In this document: piece after piece, positions 10,575-19,965 of the stretch
Layout: each line of letters opens with the position of its first letter
Position numbering within the stretch: position 1 is the stretch's first letter
DNA from: Patescibacteria group bacterium
GTDB lineage: Bacteria > Patescibacteriota > Patescibacteriia > UBA1558 > UBA10009
Length of the DNA stretch: 64,000 nt
NCBI GenBank assembly: GCA_041662565.1
Contig: JBAZSE010000004.1
Span: forward strand, 7,398-71,397
Direction: 5' to 3'
Notes under the pieces: model-generated
The model's database searches: none
What the model was told of the DNA's origin: nothing
Seen by the model: only the letters and a program-made list of their open reading frames with translations
Translations under genes and position numbers: made by a program

Positions 10575-11666
10575 TTACCAAATAATCAATTTTTTAATAA
10601 CCAGCCAATAGGCGTTAAAAATCTTATTTATAACTTTTTCCATAAGCCAGCTATTTACTTCTTGATGCTCGATAACACCAGAAAAGTTTACCACTATTTC
10701 CCTATCTTTCACAATCCTACTAGATTGAATTTTCCGGCGGGTTTGGCATAATTTCTGCCAACTAGTGGGTTTTAAAAAATAGAGATAAATTTTTATTTTT
10801 TCCCGCCACCAGCCGTTTTTAAAAGAAAAAATAAACAACCCTATTTCCATTACTAACAGGGCTGGAAAAATTAACAACAAAGTTCTTAAATCATAATTGG
10901 CCAAAATAACCAGCCAACGATTTCTTTCCATAAAATAAAACTTTTTGATACTGCGACTAAATTCATACTTATGGTAAACAATGGCTTCCGGAACAACTTG
11001 ATTTTTATAACCTGATAGTAAAAATCGCCAGCCCAAATCCAAATCCTCGTGATACATAAAAAAACCCTCGTTAAACAAACCGATTTTGTTTAAAACCTCC
11101 AATTTAATTAAGCAGGCCGCGCCGGAACAGTAGTTTATTTCGTTTATCGTGTGTTGTCCAGCTGAGCTGGATCGTGTGTTGTCCAGCTGAGCTGGATCGT
11201 GTATCGTGTTTGGAGTTTTATGACCATTGGTGTAGCCAAAACCCAAATAATGGATCACGTTGCCAACACTGTTAATTAAATCCGTTAACGGCCATAATAA
11301 AATTTTTGACTGAACTGCAGCAATTTGATTCGATTGTTCAATCCTATTAACTAAAATATCCAAACAACCTACTTCCAGAAGCGCATCGCTATTAAGCAAA
11401 AAAACATAATCAAAATTATGGGCCTGGGCGTATTTAATGCCTAAATTATTACCTTTGGCAAAACCCCAATTGATCTCTTGTTCCAAAACAACTATCTGGG
11501 AAAAGTTTTCTCTAACATACTCAACTGATTCATCATGGGATGCGTTATCCACAAAAATAACTTGTTGGTTAACAGTTTGAGGCGGATTATTAAAAATACT
11601 CCCCAAAAGGCCAGGGAGGTATTTTTGACCGTTAAAATTAACAATAATGATGGCAACTTTCTTCAT
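10575..11666 (-). CDS. Glycosyltransferase family 2 (rhamnosyltransferase-like), carrying an internal 25-bp tandem duplication
   Basis: GT2 motifs VAIIIVNFNG, FVDNAS, LNSDAL, CSGAACLIK, YHEDLDLGWR. Confidence 0.7.
   Translation of the reverse strand: MKKVAIIIVNFNGQKYLPGLLGSIFNNPPQTVNQQVIFVDNASHDESVEYVRENFSQIVVLEQEINWGFAKGNNLGIKYAQAHNFDYVFLLNSDALLEVGCLDILVNRIEQSNQIAAVQSKILLWPLTDLINSVGNVIHYLGFGYTNGHKTPNTIHDPAQLDNTRSSSAGQHTINEINYCSGAACLIKLEVLNKIGLFNEGFFMYHEDLDLGWRFLLSGYKNQVVPEAIVYHKYEFSRSIKKFYFMERNRWLVILANYDLRTLLLIFPALLVMEIGLFIFSFKNGWWREKIKIYLYFLKPTSWQKLCQTRRKIQSSRIVKDREIVVNFSGVIEHQEVNSWLMEKVINKIFNAYWLVIKKLIIW
11146..11202. repeat. Perfect 25-bp tandem direct repeat (ATCGTGTGTTGTCCAGCTGAGCTGG x2) followed by a partial third unit (ATCGTGT), inside the GT2 coding sequence
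   Basis: Seen directly. The two copies are read in different frames (PAQLDNTR, then SSSAGQHT) and the ORF stays open. Confidence 0.85.
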
Positions 11667-11669
11667 GAT

Positions 11670-12020
11670 TCAATCTTTAAGATTATCTTTTTCATTATCA
11701 GTTAAAGCCAAATGCCTGATAATTTTGGTTATTTGGCGCTGTTGCCGATCGAGCTTTAAATAAAGACGGAAAATAAGGTAAAAAAGAATTAAAACCGCGC
11801 TGTAAATTGCCAAATCAACTCCCCTGCCAATACCAAACCAGCGGGCCAAATAAGAAGTTGTTTGAGGCAGCCAAAAAACCGTTAAGACAACAAGCCAGAT
11901 CATTAACCAACCCAAAAATTCCGATATTTTTAAAGTATTATCCTGAAACTTTTTAAATAGCCGAAAAACGACCAAGAGAACGAATAAACTAACAATGATT
12001 TGTAATGGCAAATAGATCAT
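11670..12020 (-). CDS. DUF2304-like small membrane protein, a frequent partner of GtrB/DPM1-type GT2 enzymes
   Basis: 116 aa, 3 TM helices plus a charged C-terminal tail, immediately downstream of a GT2. Confidence 0.45.
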   Translation of the reverse strand: MIYLPLQIIVSLFVLLVVFRLFKKFQDNTLKISEFLGWLMIWLVVLTVFWLPQTTSYLARWFGIGRGVDLAIYSAVLILFYLIFRLYLKLDRQQRQITKIIRHLALTDNEKDNLKD

Positions 12021-12021
12021 G

Positions 12022-12684
12022 TTATTTGTTAATTTTACTAAAAATTAAATCTTTAATAATTTTAAAACCTGATAAAAATCCTTGGCCGAATTCGTGGTAT
12101 TTAATGGTTACCGGAACTTCTTGATAAGTTAAATTATTGGCCTTAATTAATTCTATAATTTCGGTGGCATGAGCAAACTCATCTTGGGTAATTTTAATTT
12201 TTTCCAAAGCAACCCTTGATAATGCTCTAAAACCGTTATGGGCATCGGTTAATTTTACGCCTAATAATAAATTTTGAAATAAAATTGCCGGTTTTAAAAT
12301 AAACAATTTTTTAAGCCAGGGAATCGAGTTATTAGGCAGTAAAAACCTTGAACCCAAAACTACCTCAACTTTGCCATCAATAATCGGTCTTATTAATTTA
12401 GGGATTTCATCCGCCATGTGCTGGCCATCGGCATCAAAATGCACCACAATATCCGCTCCTTGTAAGTAAGCATACCTATCCCCCGTTTCCAGAGCTGCTC
12501 CCATGCCACGGTTAACTAAATGTTGTAAAACTTTAACACCCAAATTTTTAGCAATTATTGCGCTTTGATCAGCCGAACCATCGTCAACTACCACCACTGT
12601 GCCATAAGGCAAAACCGAGACAATAACTTTAGCCAATAATTTGGCTTCATTATAACAAGGTATAACAATAAAAACTTTATTCAT
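12022..12684 (-). CDS. Polyprenyl-phosphate glycosyltransferase, GT2 (GtrB/DPM1-like)
   Basis: VFIVIPCYNEAKLL...VVVDDGSADQS...DADGQH. The track start (12762) is TTG; the ATG at 12684 (MNKVFIV) sits 4 nt after the upstream ORF stop. Confidence 0.7.
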   Translation of the reverse strand: MNKVFIVIPCYNEAKLLAKVIVSVLPYGTVVVVDDGSADQSAIIAKNLGVKVLQHLVNRGMGAALETGDRYAYLQGADIVVHFDADGQHMADEIPKLIRPIIDGKVEVVLGSRFLLPNNSIPWLKKLFILKPAILFQNLLLGVKLTDAHNGFRALSRVALEKIKITQDEFAHATEIIELIKANNLTYQEVPVTIKYHEFGQGFLSGFKIIKDLIFSKINK

Positions 12685-13051
12685 GTTTTGCTGATTCTGA
12701 TTTAAATTTTTCGTACTCGCTGTTAATAAACTTTTCAATGGAATCCTCTCCCTCAAAATCAAATCTGGTTATTTTAATCTCATCAAAGGTGCTGCCAAAA
12801 ATATGGGATAAATAACAATGCGCAACTTGATCCATACCATATTTTGTATATAGTTTGCCCTTAATAAGAGCAGAACATCGTTCGTTAAAACTGAAGTCGT
12901 TCTGTGATAGATATTTACTTTCCATTGCAAAGTATTTATCATGCAGGTCAGTAAAAACTGCGCGCATTTCCGTGGTTATCTCCAATGGTAGTGCAATTTC
13001 TCTTTCCTGCAATGATGGGCCAGGAATAATAAAATCGTTTGGTTCTTGCAT
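12677..13051 (-). CDS. Hypothetical acidic protein
   Basis: 124-aa ORF with ATG start, co-directional with neighbours. No motif recognised. Confidence 0.3.
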   Translation of the reverse strand: MQEPNDFIIPGPSLQEREIALPLEITTEMRAVFTDLHDKYFAMESKYLSQNDFSFNERCSALIKGKLYTKYGMDQVAHCYLSHIFGSTFDEIKITRFDFEGEDSIEKFINSEYEKFKSESAKHE

Positions 13052-13064
13052 AATACTTTAATAA

Positions 13065-14351
13065 TTAACGGCCAATAGAATAGTACTTAAAACCTAGCCT
13101 TACAATATTGCTTTTATTTAATAAATTTCTGCCATCAAAAATAATCGGTTGCTTCATTGATTTTTTAACTTTTAGCCAATCAAGCTTGGCAAACTCGGGC
13201 CATTCGGTGGCGATTATTAATGCGTCTGCCTGTGTAAATACATCAATCGATGAATCGGCTAGCAAAACTCCTTTAAGTAAAACTTTTTTGGCATTAGCGG
13301 TGGCCTTAGGATCAAACGCCTTAACTTTTGCGCCCAAGGAAATTAAATTTTTAATCAATTTGATAGCCACCGATTCTCTAATATCATCAGTATTATTTTT
13401 GAAAGCCAAACCCAAAACACCAATTTTTTTGCCTTTTAAATTGCCCAAAACCTGTTTAATTTTATTTAAAAATAACTGGTGTTGATTGGCATTAACATCA
13501 AGCACGGCTTTAATAATTTTAGTATCGGCCCCGTGTTGTTCGGCCATATATTTAAGAGCTCTCACATCCTTAGGAAAACAACTTCCACCATAACCAATAC
13601 CTGCCTGCAAAAAATGAGGATTAATCCTGGCATCATAGCCCATACCTTTGGCCACTTCATCAACATTGGCCCCGACTTTTTCACATAAATTGGCAATTTC
13701 GTTGATAAAGGATATTTTAGCCGCTAAAAAGGCATTGGAGGCATATTTGATTAATTCGGCTGTTTCCCTATCCGTTAACATTTTATTGGTTTTGATTTTG
13801 GCAAAAGCCGACATTACCTTTAAACCGGCTGATTTATCAACTGCTCCCACAATTATTCTGTCCGGATTGAAAAAATCATAAATTGCCTTCCCTTCGCGCA
13901 AAAATTCGGAACAGGCCACTGCTTTAAATGATTTAATCTTGCCGCTGTTTAATAATTTTTCCAAAATTTTGCCATTACCAACAGGCACCGTGCTTTTGGT
14001 AACTACAATTTTACCGGTTTTACAATATTCTTTAATGCCTAATGCCGCTTGGTTTACATAAGTTAAATCCGCGCTACCATTGGGTTTAGCCGGTGTGCCC
14101 ACGCAAATAATAATCAAATCGGCGTTATTTACTACTTCGGCTAAATTAACGGTAAAAAACAATCGTTTGGCTTTAATATTTTTTTTCAGCATGGCCGTAA
14201 GGCCTGGTTCATAAAACGGTTCCTTACCTGCTTTAAGCGTAGCAATTTTAGCCGGATCGGTATCAACGCAAAAAACCCGGTGCCCAAGCTGGGCCAAGCC
14301 CACGCCGGTTACCAATCCTACATAACCTGTGCCGATAATCGTTATTTGCAT
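13065..14351 (-). CDS. ugd: UDP-glucose 6-dehydrogenase
   Basis: MQITIIGTGYVGLVTG N-terminal Rossmann, GGSCFPKD catalytic Cys motif, 428 aa. Confidence 0.8.
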   Translation of the reverse strand: MQITIIGTGYVGLVTGVGLAQLGHRVFCVDTDPAKIATLKAGKEPFYEPGLTAMLKKNIKAKRLFFTVNLAEVVNNADLIIICVGTPAKPNGSADLTYVNQAALGIKEYCKTGKIVVTKSTVPVGNGKILEKLLNSGKIKSFKAVACSEFLREGKAIYDFFNPDRIIVGAVDKSAGLKVMSAFAKIKTNKMLTDRETAELIKYASNAFLAAKISFINEIANLCEKVGANVDEVAKGMGYDARINPHFLQAGIGYGGSCFPKDVRALKYMAEQHGADTKIIKAVLDVNANQHQLFLNKIKQVLGNLKGKKIGVLGLAFKNNTDDIRESVAIKLIKNLISLGAKVKAFDPKATANAKKVLLKGVLLADSSIDVFTQADALIIATEWPEFAKLDWLKVKKSMKQPIIFDGRNLLNKSNIVRLGFKYYSIGR

Positions 14352-15484
14352 AATTTTTCCAATAAATTATTCATTTTATTTGCCACCAGGTCCCAGTTAT
14401 ATCTTTCATTAATTAATTTTGTGGCATTATCATGAAGCGATTTTTTTTGTTCAGCGTTAAGTTGGCTGGCTTTTAAAATAGTGCTGGCAATGTTTGATGG
14501 ATTTTGGGCTTGGCAAACCAAACCGGTTACGCCATCCGTTAAAAAATCCGGAATTCCGCCTACCAGAGTTCCAATAGTTGGCAGCCCACTGGCCATAGCT
14601 TCCAAAAAAGCATTACCCAAACCCTCGCTTAATGAAGGCCTAATAAAAATATCGCTAGAAGAAAAAATTGACGGCAGTTCGGCGTGGCTTTTGTAACCGG
14701 CAAAATTTACTCTTTTTTCCAGTTTAAGCTCTTTTACCAATTGACGCAAGTGATTTTCTAACCCCCCAGTACCGCAGATATAAAAACAAAAATTTTGGGG
14801 TAAATTGGGCAGGGCTTTGATTACATCAGCCAGACCGTTTTTAACAACCAATCTGGAGGCGGTAACCACAATTACCGCATCTTTTGGAAAGCCAAAACTG
14901 CTTCTTAATTCTTTAATTTCCTCTTCGCTGTATTGCTTGGTAAAATTAGTAACATCCACTCCATTAGGTATAATTTCGGAAAATTTACCCTTAAACCCCA
15001 TACTCACTCCCCAGTTTAACAAATAGGTGCTAATGGCCTGCAAGCCGCTTGCTTGGGAAAAAATTTTATTAAACCTGTTTCTGACAAATCTGACTTGTTT
15101 TAAAATTTCTTCAATCGGATCGCCTTCCTGCAAGGTTAATAAATATGGAATTTTGGATCTTATTTTAAAGCTTAAAGCCGCAAAACCGCCAAAGCTGGCC
15201 ATAATTGCCCAAACCGCTTGGTATTTGTTTTGCCGATGAAGTTTTAAACCTTGAAAGTGGCCAAAAACGGCCAAAAATAATTTATCAAATTTGGGATAAC
15301 CAATACCAACGCGATAAACATTAACCCGGCCAATAGTTTGGCGCCTGGGTAATTTTTTATCCAGCCAAGCCGTAATCAAATCAAATTCAAAATTTGGCAA
15401 GCGATCGGTGATTTCCTTAACTGCCACCTCGGCGCCGCCAATAAAAGGCAAATAAGCTGTTGAATAAATTAATACCCTGTTCAT
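14342..15484 (-). CDS. Glycosyltransferase family 4
   Basis: GT-B C-terminal domain with FIRPSLSEGLGNAFLEAMASGLP. Confidence 0.7.
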   Translation of the reverse strand: MNRVLIYSTAYLPFIGGAEVAVKEITDRLPNFEFDLITAWLDKKLPRRQTIGRVNVYRVGIGYPKFDKLFLAVFGHFQGLKLHRQNKYQAVWAIMASFGGFAALSFKIRSKIPYLLTLQEGDPIEEILKQVRFVRNRFNKIFSQASGLQAISTYLLNWGVSMGFKGKFSEIIPNGVDVTNFTKQYSEEEIKELRSSFGFPKDAVIVVTASRLVVKNGLADVIKALPNLPQNFCFYICGTGGLENHLRQLVKELKLEKRVNFAGYKSHAELPSIFSSSDIFIRPSLSEGLGNAFLEAMASGLPTIGTLVGGIPDFLTDGVTGLVCQAQNPSNIASTILKASQLNAEQKKSLHDNATKLINERYNWDLVANKMNNLLEKLCK

Positions 15485-15494
15485 GATTACTTGC

Positions 15495-16406
15495 TTAAAC
15501 CTTAAAATATTTAATGGTTTTTTTTAGCCCTTCCAATAATTCCACCTCCGGAGTCCAATTTAAATCTTTTTTGGCCAAGTCAGATTTTAAAACGCTGCGA
15601 TAAACATCACCTGCTCTGGTGGGTACGTATTTTGGTTGTTGTTTGGAAATTAAGCCGGCAATGAGATGATATAAAACATTAATGGAAGTTTCTTTACCTG
15701 TGCCAATATTATAAATCCCCTGCCCAAACCTTAATGACTTTAAACAGGCCTCCACCACATCGGACACATAAACAAAATCCCTGGTTTGCTTGCCATTGCC
15801 GGTAATAAAGCATTGCTTGCCTTTAAGCAAATATTTAACAAAAATTGCCACAACGCCCGCTTCACCTTCCGGATCCTGCCTGGGGCCAAAAACATTGGCC
15901 AATCTTAAGGAAACAAAATTTAATTTTCTTAAAGGACGATAGTAGTTAAGCAAATAATTTTCCACCGTTAATTTACTTAAAGCATAAGGCGAACTTGGCT
16001 TTGGCAAAACCGTTTCCGGTGTGGGCAATATTTTGGTTTCTCCGTAAATTGCTCCGCCGGTAGAAATCAAAATAAATTTTTTTACCCCCACGCGGATTGA
16101 TTGCTCAATTACTTTAAGCGAACCCCAAATATTATTGGTGGCATCAAGCAAAGGATAATTGACCGAAAAAGAAACGCTTTTTTGGGCGGCCAAATGAAAA
16201 ACCATTTCGGGTTTTTCGCGGGAAAAAATTTCTTTGATTTTAGGATTAGTAACGCTTGTTTGGTAAAATTTGGCCTGATTATTGATGAACTTTTTTTTGC
16301 CGGTTGATAAATTATCCAAAACAACCACCTTATGGTTTTTGGCGATTAAGCGGTCAACTAAATGGGAGCCGATAAAACCGGCTCCGCCTGTAACTAAAAC
16401 TTTCAT
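15495..16406 (-). CDS. NAD-dependent sugar epimerase (GalE/UDP-GlcA 4-epimerase-like SDR)
   Basis: VLVTGGAGFIGSHLV, YALSK (YxxxK). The track start is TTG; the ATG at 16406 is preferred. Confidence 0.7.
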   Translation of the reverse strand: MKVLVTGGAGFIGSHLVDRLIAKNHKVVVLDNLSTGKKKFINNQAKFYQTSVTNPKIKEIFSREKPEMVFHLAAQKSVSFSVNYPLLDATNNIWGSLKVIEQSIRVGVKKFILISTGGAIYGETKILPTPETVLPKPSSPYALSKLTVENYLLNYYRPLRKLNFVSLRLANVFGPRQDPEGEAGVVAIFVKYLLKGKQCFITGNGKQTRDFVYVSDVVEACLKSLRFGQGIYNIGTGKETSINVLYHLIAGLISKQQPKYVPTRAGDVYRSVLKSDLAKKDLNWTPEVELLEGLKKTIKYFKV

Positions 16407-16425
16407 AATCAAAAATCAAATCTTT

Positions 16426-16471
16426 GGTTATGGATCACAGATTATTTATATCTAACCCGTAATCCATAACC
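16426..16471 (-). terminator. Hairpin immediately 3' of metK (GGTTATGGAT...ATCCATAACC, 10-bp stem) followed by a weak U-tract on the transcribed strand
   Basis: Perfect 10-bp inverted repeat seen directly. Shares the 13-mer TAATCCATAACCT with the intergenic hairpin at 3433-3445. Confidence 0.35.
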
Positions 16472-16485
16472 TTGCTAAAAGTTAA

Positions 16486-17646
16486 TTATTTCTTCAAGTA
16501 CTTTCGCAATTTTGCAACCATATCTGTTTTTTCCCAGGTAAAATCCGCTTCTGTCCGGCCAAAATGGCCATAAGCGGCAGTTTGGCGGTAAATCGGACGC
16601 TTTAATTTAAGATGATTGATTATTTCGGCCGGTTTTAACGGGAAAACTTTTCTGACTATTTTTTCCAAAGCTTCATCGGGCAACTTGCCGGTACCAAAAG
16701 TTTTTACCAAAGTGCTTACTGGTTCCGCCCTGCCGATAACATAAGCCAGCTGAACTTCGCACTTATCCGCCAAACCCGAGGCCACGATATTTTTGGCAAC
16801 GTAACGGGCCATAGAACAGGCGCGCCGGTCAACTTTTGAAGGATCCTTGCCCGAAAAGCATCCGCCCCCGTGCGAACCATAACCGCCGTAAGTATCAACA
16901 ATAATTTTACGGCCGGTTAAGCCGGTATCGGCAACAGGGCCGCCCTTGATAAATTTGCCCGTGGCATTGATAAAATACCTGGTATTTTTATCAAGGTATC
17001 TTCCGCCAATGGGCTTGATTACTTTATTGATAATATCTCGTTCAACTTTTTTTTCGGAAACCGTTTCATTATGCTGAGCGGCAATAACCACCGTATCAAT
17101 CCTTTTTGGTTTGCCGTTTTCGTATTCAACGGCGATTTCGGTTTTGCCATCTGGACGCAAATATTTTAAAGTCCCGTTTTTGCGGACCATTGCCAAACGC
17201 TTGGCCATTTTATGAGCAAGCATGATTGGCAAAGGCATTAATTCTTTGGTTTCCCTGCAAGCAAAGCCGAACATTAATCCCTGGTCGCCGGCACCTTGTT
17301 CTTTATATTTGCCCTTGCCGGCATCAACGCCTTGGGCAATATCAGCAGATTGTTCGTCAATGGCTACCATAACACCGCAATCTTCGGCCGAAAAACCGGC
17401 TGAGGCGCCATTGTAACCGATTTCCTTAATGGTTTGCCTGGCAATACCGGCAATATCCACATAATGATTGGTTCTGATTTCACCTGCTACCACCACTAAA
17501 CCGGTTGTGGCAATACACTCAATGCCGGCGTGTGACTGGGGATCATGGCGCAACAACTCATCCAAAATCGCATCGGAAATTTGATCACAGACTTTATCCG
17601 GATGCCCTTCTGTAACTGATTCGGAAGTAAAAATGTATTTACTCAT
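16486..17646 (-). CDS. metK: S-adenosylmethionine synthetase
   Basis: N-terminus [24 protein letters not shown]; GGGAFSGKD-like (GGGCFSGKD); 386 aa. Confidence 0.95.
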   Translation of the reverse strand: MSKYIFTSESVTEGHPDKVCDQISDAILDELLRHDPQSHAGIECIATTGLVVVAGEIRTNHYVDIAGIARQTIKEIGYNGASAGFSAEDCGVMVAIDEQSADIAQGVDAGKGKYKEQGAGDQGLMFGFACRETKELMPLPIMLAHKMAKRLAMVRKNGTLKYLRPDGKTEIAVEYENGKPKRIDTVVIAAQHNETVSEKKVERDIINKVIKPIGGRYLDKNTRYFINATGKFIKGGPVADTGLTGRKIIVDTYGGYGSHGGGCFSGKDPSKVDRRACSMARYVAKNIVASGLADKCEVQLAYVIGRAEPVSTLVKTFGTGKLPDEALEKIVRKVFPLKPAEIINHLKLKRPIYRQTAAYGHFGRTEADFTWEKTDMVAKLRKYLKK

Positions 17647-17701
17647 AGAATATTATTGATTGATTAGTTATAATTGATTATTAATAAATAAAAATAGTTT
17701 T

Positions 17702-18739
17702 TTAAGAATTGACATCGCCGTTTAATGATTCGGTTAGCACTCGCTTATTGGCTCTGGTATACTCCAAAGTTTTAGCTAATCCCTGATCCAAGGTAACTAA
17801 AGGATACCAACCCAAATGCGATTTGGCCAAATTTATATCAGGCAACGGCAAGGGCGTAATAAATTCCAAGGCGCCTTGATATAAAATTTTTGAAGAAGAA
17901 CCGGTAAGAGCAATAATTTTTTCCGCAACTTCTTTAAGCAACACATCCACGTTGCTGCCCAAATTTACCGGCTGATTTAAATCGCTTTTCATTAGCTTAA
18001 GCAAGCCATCTACCACATCGCCAACATAGCAAAGCGAAGTGGAAAAATCTTCTGGCCCGTAAATTACCAAATCCTTGCCATCCAGCGCGTTTAATATAAA
18101 ATCGGAAATCATCTGGCCGTCATTTAATGCCAATCTAGGGCCGTAGGTTCTAAAAATCCTGGCGATTTTAAAATCCTTTTTGTAAAAATTCCGATAAGTG
18201 GTTATCATGGCTTCGGCAAAACGCTTGCCTTCATCGTAACAGCTTCTGGGGCCATCAATTTTAACCGAACCATGAGCATCCTCTGTAACGTAATTATTGC
18301 TTTCCCGCGGGCCATAAACTACAGCCGAAGAAGCATGCAATAATTTTGCTCCGTATTTCAAAGATAAATCCAAAACATTTTTAACCAGTAAAGAATTGGC
18401 TAACACGGTTGCAATAACCAAATTATCGAATTTTTTGGCAGAAGTCGGGCAGGCAAAATTATATATTTCCGACAAACCAAAAATCTTAATTTCAAATTTT
18501 TGCAGTTCCGGCAAATCTTCCAAATTAATCGTTTCGGTTAGATCATGTTTGATAAATTCAAAATTGGGATTTTGCAGCAAAAATCGAATATTTTCCAAAC
18601 TGCCGGTAGAAAAATTATCCAAACAAATTACATTATTTTCCTTAACCAGCTCTTCGCACAAATGGCTACCGATAAAACCGGCGCCGCCCGCCACTAAAAT
18701 ATTTTTTCTTTTGCCCAAAATAGGATTAATTTTTTTCAT
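17702..18739 (-). CDS. uxs: UDP-glucuronate decarboxylase-like SDR (UDP-xylose synthase family)
   Basis: GGAGFIGSHL, DNFSTGSLENI, NPNFEFIKHD and GPRSCYDEGKRFAEAM all match UXS/ArnA-decarboxylase hallmarks. The usual S-T-S-E-V-Y-G segment reads A-S-S-A-V-V-Y-G. Confidence 0.65.
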   Translation of the reverse strand: MKKINPILGKRKNILVAGGAGFIGSHLCEELVKENNVICLDNFSTGSLENIRFLLQNPNFEFIKHDLTETINLEDLPELQKFEIKIFGLSEIYNFACPTSAKKFDNLVIATVLANSLLVKNVLDLSLKYGAKLLHASSAVVYGPRESNNYVTEDAHGSVKIDGPRSCYDEGKRFAEAMITTYRNFYKKDFKIARIFRTYGPRLALNDGQMISDFILNALDGKDLVIYGPEDFSTSLCYVGDVVDGLLKLMKSDLNQPVNLGSNVDVLLKEVAEKIIALTGSSSKILYQGALEFITPLPLPDINLAKSHLGWYPLVTLDQGLAKTLEYTRANKRVLTESLNGDVNS

Positions 18740-18748
18740 ATATTTTTT

Positions 18749-19462
18749 TCATTTGTACAAACCCTTTAAATCGTTGGTTCTGATTTTAATTAATTCAATT
18801 AAAGTTTTTAAATAGTCAATCATTTTGACTTTGGAAGAAAAATCATTCGTCCAGCTTACCGGCAATTCGGCTATTTTAAATCTGTTCTTTTTTGCCAGAT
18901 ATAAAATTTCAAAATCAAAGCCCCAGGTATTTAAAGTTTGCTTTTTAAAAATAGAACCGGCGGAATGGGAAAACAATTTAAAACCGCATTGGGTATCCTT
19001 AATGCCGGGTAAAAGCATGGCCCTGATTAAAAGATTACCTGCCCTGCCCAAAGCCACTTTAAGCCAATTCTGCTTAAGTAAAACTTTGGATCCCTTTAAA
19101 CCGCGGGAACCGATTACCACATCATAACCTTCGCTTAATTTTGGCAAAAAACCATCCAGCTCTTCGGCCGGAGTGGAGTAATCGGCATCCATAAACAAAA
19201 TGGCCTCGCCGTTAGCCGCTAAAACACCTGTTTTAACCGCTGCTCCTTTACCCAAGTTACGCAGATGCTTAATAACTTTTAAATTCGGCTTTTTTAAATT
19301 TTCGGCAATGCTGGCGGTTTCATCTTCCGAACCATCATCAACTACTATCACTTCACATACCGCTAACAAGGCCGACCTGTTTAAATAGCCGTAAAGTTTA
19401 TCCAAGCTCTTTTCCAAGCGCTTGGCCTCGTTATAAGCCGGAATGACAATGCTTAAAAACAT
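18749..19462 (-). CDS. Polyprenyl-phosphate glycosyltransferase, GT2 (GtrB/dolichyl-phosphate glucosyltransferase-like)
   Basis: LSIVIPAYNEAKRL...VIVVDDGSEDET...DADYS. Confidence 0.7.
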   Translation of the reverse strand: MFLSIVIPAYNEAKRLEKSLDKLYGYLNRSALLAVCEVIVVDDGSEDETASIAENLKKPNLKVIKHLRNLGKGAAVKTGVLAANGEAILFMDADYSTPAEELDGFLPKLSEGYDVVIGSRGLKGSKVLLKQNWLKVALGRAGNLLIRAMLLPGIKDTQCGFKLFSHSAGSIFKKQTLNTWGFDFEILYLAKKNRFKIAELPVSWTNDFSSKVKMIDYLKTLIELIKIRTNDLKGLYK

Positions 19463-19521
19463 ATGAAAGAACTTTATAAATTATAACAGAAATACTGGTC
19501 TTTTAGCAATGAGGGGATCGG

Positions 19522-19965
19522 TTAATTAGTTTTTTTAAAAACCCAAATACGGCTAAAGGTAAAATTACTAATACCGCTCAAAACCAACAATAAGTATTTT
19601 GCAACAATATCGTAAACCCCTAAATAACCAACTAGAAAATAAAAACAGGCTTCAACAATCAATAAGGTTAAAAGGTTAAAGGCAAAAAATTTAAAATAGC
19701 TATGCGCATTGGCCCGATTTTCAGGCGAATAAAAGGTAAATCTGTTGTTTAAAAAAAAGCTAGAAGTAACCGCTGCCGAAAAAGCCAAAGCATTGGCGGT
19801 TAAATAGTGAAGATTAAACCAAGCAAATGACCTGGTTAAAAAATAATAAACCAAAAAATCGATAATGGCATTAACCGCCCCAACCATGGCAAATTTGGCA
19901 AATTGCTTAAGAACGGGAAATCTTAAAAAAAGGCGAGGAAAAATTATCTCAAACAGTTTGTCCAT
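19522..19965 (-). CDS. GtrA-family membrane protein
   Basis: 147 aa, 4 TM; FAMVGAVNAIIDF...NNRFTF typical of GtrA. Adjacent to the GtrB-like GT2. Confidence 0.65.
   Translation of the reverse strand: MDKLFEIIFPRLFLRFPVLKQFAKFAMVGAVNAIIDFLVYYFLTRSFAWFNLHYLTANALAFSAAVTSSFFLNNRFTFYSPENRANAHSYFKFFAFNLLTLLIVEACFYFLVGYLGVYDIVAKYLLLVLSGISNFTFSRIWVFKKTN

Noticed and set aside
11146-11202. CRISPR array
   Set aside because: Only two and a bit direct repeats with no spacers, and located inside a coding sequence. No cas genes in the window.
12685-12762. N-terminal 26-aa extension of the GtrB-like GT2 as drawn in the ORF track
   Set aside because: The track start is a TTG that overlaps the preceding ORF. 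The ATG at 12684 gives the canonical MNKVFIVIPCYNE start, so the extension is probably not translated.
17647-17701. Possible SAM riboswitch upstream of metK
   Set aside because: Only 55 nt of AT-rich leader separate metK from the upstream gene. That is too short and lacks the conserved SAM-I helices.
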